From: Sporopachydermia quercuum | Taxonomy: Eukaryota | Direction: 5' to 3' | Assembly (NCBI GenBank): GCA_001599295.1 | Contig: BCGN01000005.1 | Location: forward strand, 558,001 to 622,000 | Length of the DNA: 64,000 nucleotides | Shown: one piece after another, positions 62,320-64,000 of the stretch | Layout: each line of letters opens with the position of its first letter | Position numbering within the stretch: the first letter of the stretch is position 1 | Program-made: the position numbers and the translations under genes | Notes under the pieces: generated by a model | Databases searched by the model: none | What the model saw: only the letters and a program-made list of their open reading frames with translations | Told to the model about the DNA's origin: nothing

Positions 62320-64000
62320 CTACCTTAATTGTGAGAACGCATCTAGAAGACCTGAAGAACCAGCGGTTTGGATTTTATTCTTTTCAAACACTTTCCAGAA
62401 TCTAAGTGTCTCGTCACCAGCTCCTGTAACTATTGTTTGACCATCTGGGCTCATTGCTAGGTATAACACTCTATAACTATGGCCGGTGAGAGCTGCAGCC
62501 TGCTGCATAGATGGGTATTTCCAAATAACGATTTGATTCTTAGAGAAACCATGTGTAGAAACTAATTCATTGGAATTCTTAGACCAAACCAAATTGCACA
62601 CTTGAGAACCTGTGTCCACATCAGAAATTTTTTGTCCCGTTACTGTATTCCATATTTTGATCCTACGATCTGCTGTTCCTCCTCCTGACGCTAGTAAACC
62701 CCTTTGATGAGTACTCCAGGCTACTGCTTTGACTGCGGCAACATGCCCCATAAGCTTGTGCAGAGGTTGTCTCGCCATTGCTCCATCCCATACTAGTAAT
62801 TTATTATCATTACCACCAGATGCAAGCTTATTATCTTCAAGGTTCCATTTTAACCCACAGACCTCTTGTCGATGTTCAGTTAATTGTCCCATATAATGAG
62901 CAGCTTCTCGTACGTCTCTTTGAAATATAATTTTGTCTCTACCTCCAGATGAAAGTATATGTTCGTTCCAAGCCAAGGCACCTACTCTTTCTGTATGACC
63001 AGTCATTGTTCTTGTTTTCTTACATAGTTCTGCATCCCAAATTTCCACCAGTCCCTTAGATGTTCCTACAGCCACATGGGTCCCTGCACCAATCCACGAT
63101 ACACTGGTGACTGAATCTTGTGGTCCTAGGTCGCATAGTCTATTTACACTTCCTGATTGAGCATCCCATAGATAAACACACGTGCCTAGTCCAACTGAAA
63201 GTATATCTGTCGACCCCCAATCGACCAGGTTCAAATAAAAATCGTCCGCTAATTCAGGAGCATCAAGAACACGATATGGTAACTTAGAAATGTCTCTTTG
63301 CTTCTTATGTGGTGATAAAAGTAATTTCTGACTATCCATTCTTACCGGAGATAAAGAATAGAGATCTGTTTCTGGTGTATATGCTGACATGTTTACCCTT
63401 GATGGTGATTTGTAGGTAAAAATGTTAGTGCTTTTTCCCCTCGGTGTTGTTACTATGTTAGGTCCTGGGAAGGGATTTTGTTCTGAAGGTGGTGTGCGCT
63501 GAAGAGGATCTGAGGGCTCTGGTCTTTGAGGTGGCACATCTGGTATTTGAGCTCCGGAGCCTGCCGAAAGTTGTTGTTGCTGTTGCTGTTGGATTAAGGA
63601 GCGGGTTTCAATTGAACCATCCCATGAAGCTGCAGAGTTGTTTAATGAAGATATTGATGTTGATGTTGAAGGTCTTGATAGACTTGTAGATGGTATGGCT
63701 GCAAATGGAACATTATCACCGAATATCTCAGCCTTAAGGATTGTTGAAAACGTTCGATCAGCAGTTTCTTGTTTCCTTAGATCTATATCGTTATCTGCTG
63801 TGTTTGGATTTACTCCTGTTGGTCCTGTTACTCCTGCTGTCAGACCTCCATCCAAATCGTTATCGCCACGACCATTGTTCCCATTGGTAGATGTAGAATT
63901 AATACTGTTTGAACTTCTGGATTGTCTGAAAGATGAGTTCTCGTCTTTCAGACTAAAAGCTGCCTGTAGATCAATACCAGTTCTGTTAGGAATGTATCTA
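62320..64000 (-). CDS. CDH1: APC/C activator Cdh1, 5' end outside the window
   Basis: The frame stays open to the window edge and includes most of the C-box (RYIPNR). PYRVLDAPELADDFYLNLVDW, WD40 repeats and the C-terminal AFSQLR (IR-tail equivalent) are present. Confidence 0.95.
   Translation of the reverse strand, partial: RYIPNRTGIDLQAAFSLKDENSSFRQSRSSNSINSTSTNGNNGRGDNDLDGGLTAGVTGPTGVNPNTADNDIDLRKQETADRTFSTILKAEIFGDNVPFAAIPSTSLSRPSTSTSISSLNNSAASWDGSIETRSLIQQQQQQQLSAGSGAQIPDVPPQRPEPSDPLQRTPPSEQNPFPGPNIVTTPRGKSTNIFTYKSPSRVNMSAYTPETDLYSLSPVRMDSQKLLLSPHKKQRDISKLPYRVLDAPELADDFYLNLVDWGSTDILSVGLGTCVYLWDAQSGSVNRLCDLGPQDSVTSVSWIGAGTHVAVGTSKGLVEIWDAELCKKTRTMTGHTERVGALAWNEHILSSGGRDKIIFQRDVREAAHYMGQLTEHRQEVCGLKWNLEDNKLASGGNDNKLLVWDGAMARQPLHKLMGHVAAVKAVAWSTHQRGLLASGGGTADRRIKIWNTVTGQKISDVDTGSQVCNLVWSKNSNELVSTHGFSKNQIVIWKYPSMQQAAALTGHSYRVLYLAMSPDGQTIVTGAGDETLRFWKVFEKNKIQTAGSSGLLDAFSQLR

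Overview
A 64 kb window of AT-rich fungal nuclear DNA from a budding yeast (Saccharomycotina). CTG falls at conserved Leu positions, so the standard genetic code applies. It holds 20 recognisable protein genes: SAM synthetase (5' cut by the window edge), a CreA/Mig1-type C2H2 repressor, SMB1, CHZ1, YPT31/32, SPT16, a MARVEL protein, an APSES factor (Phd1/Sok2/Efg1 family), PRI2, EIS1, an HSL-family hydrolase, UGA1, a YGR017W-like PNPOx homologue, a stand-alone tRNA-binding OB-fold protein, MCM6, an omega-class GST (ECM4), PDR16, CSL4, RPE1 and CDH1 (5' cut). Four genes had to be rebuilt across 7 short spliceosomal introns that the ORF track splits, and two of these introns appear to need AAG acceptors. 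I found no tRNA, rRNA, intact transposon or clearly novel multi-gene system. The best leads are a presequence-bearing stand-alone tRNA-binding protein, a Mig1/CreA-type gene at the MIG2/MIG3 syntenic position, a divergent APSES domain with an 8.6 kb upstream desert, competing splice sites in ECM4, a TGCAT motif cluster, a canonical G-quadruplex motif and a perfect 31 bp palindrome. All homology and synteny calls are from recalled sequences and gene orders, not database searches.
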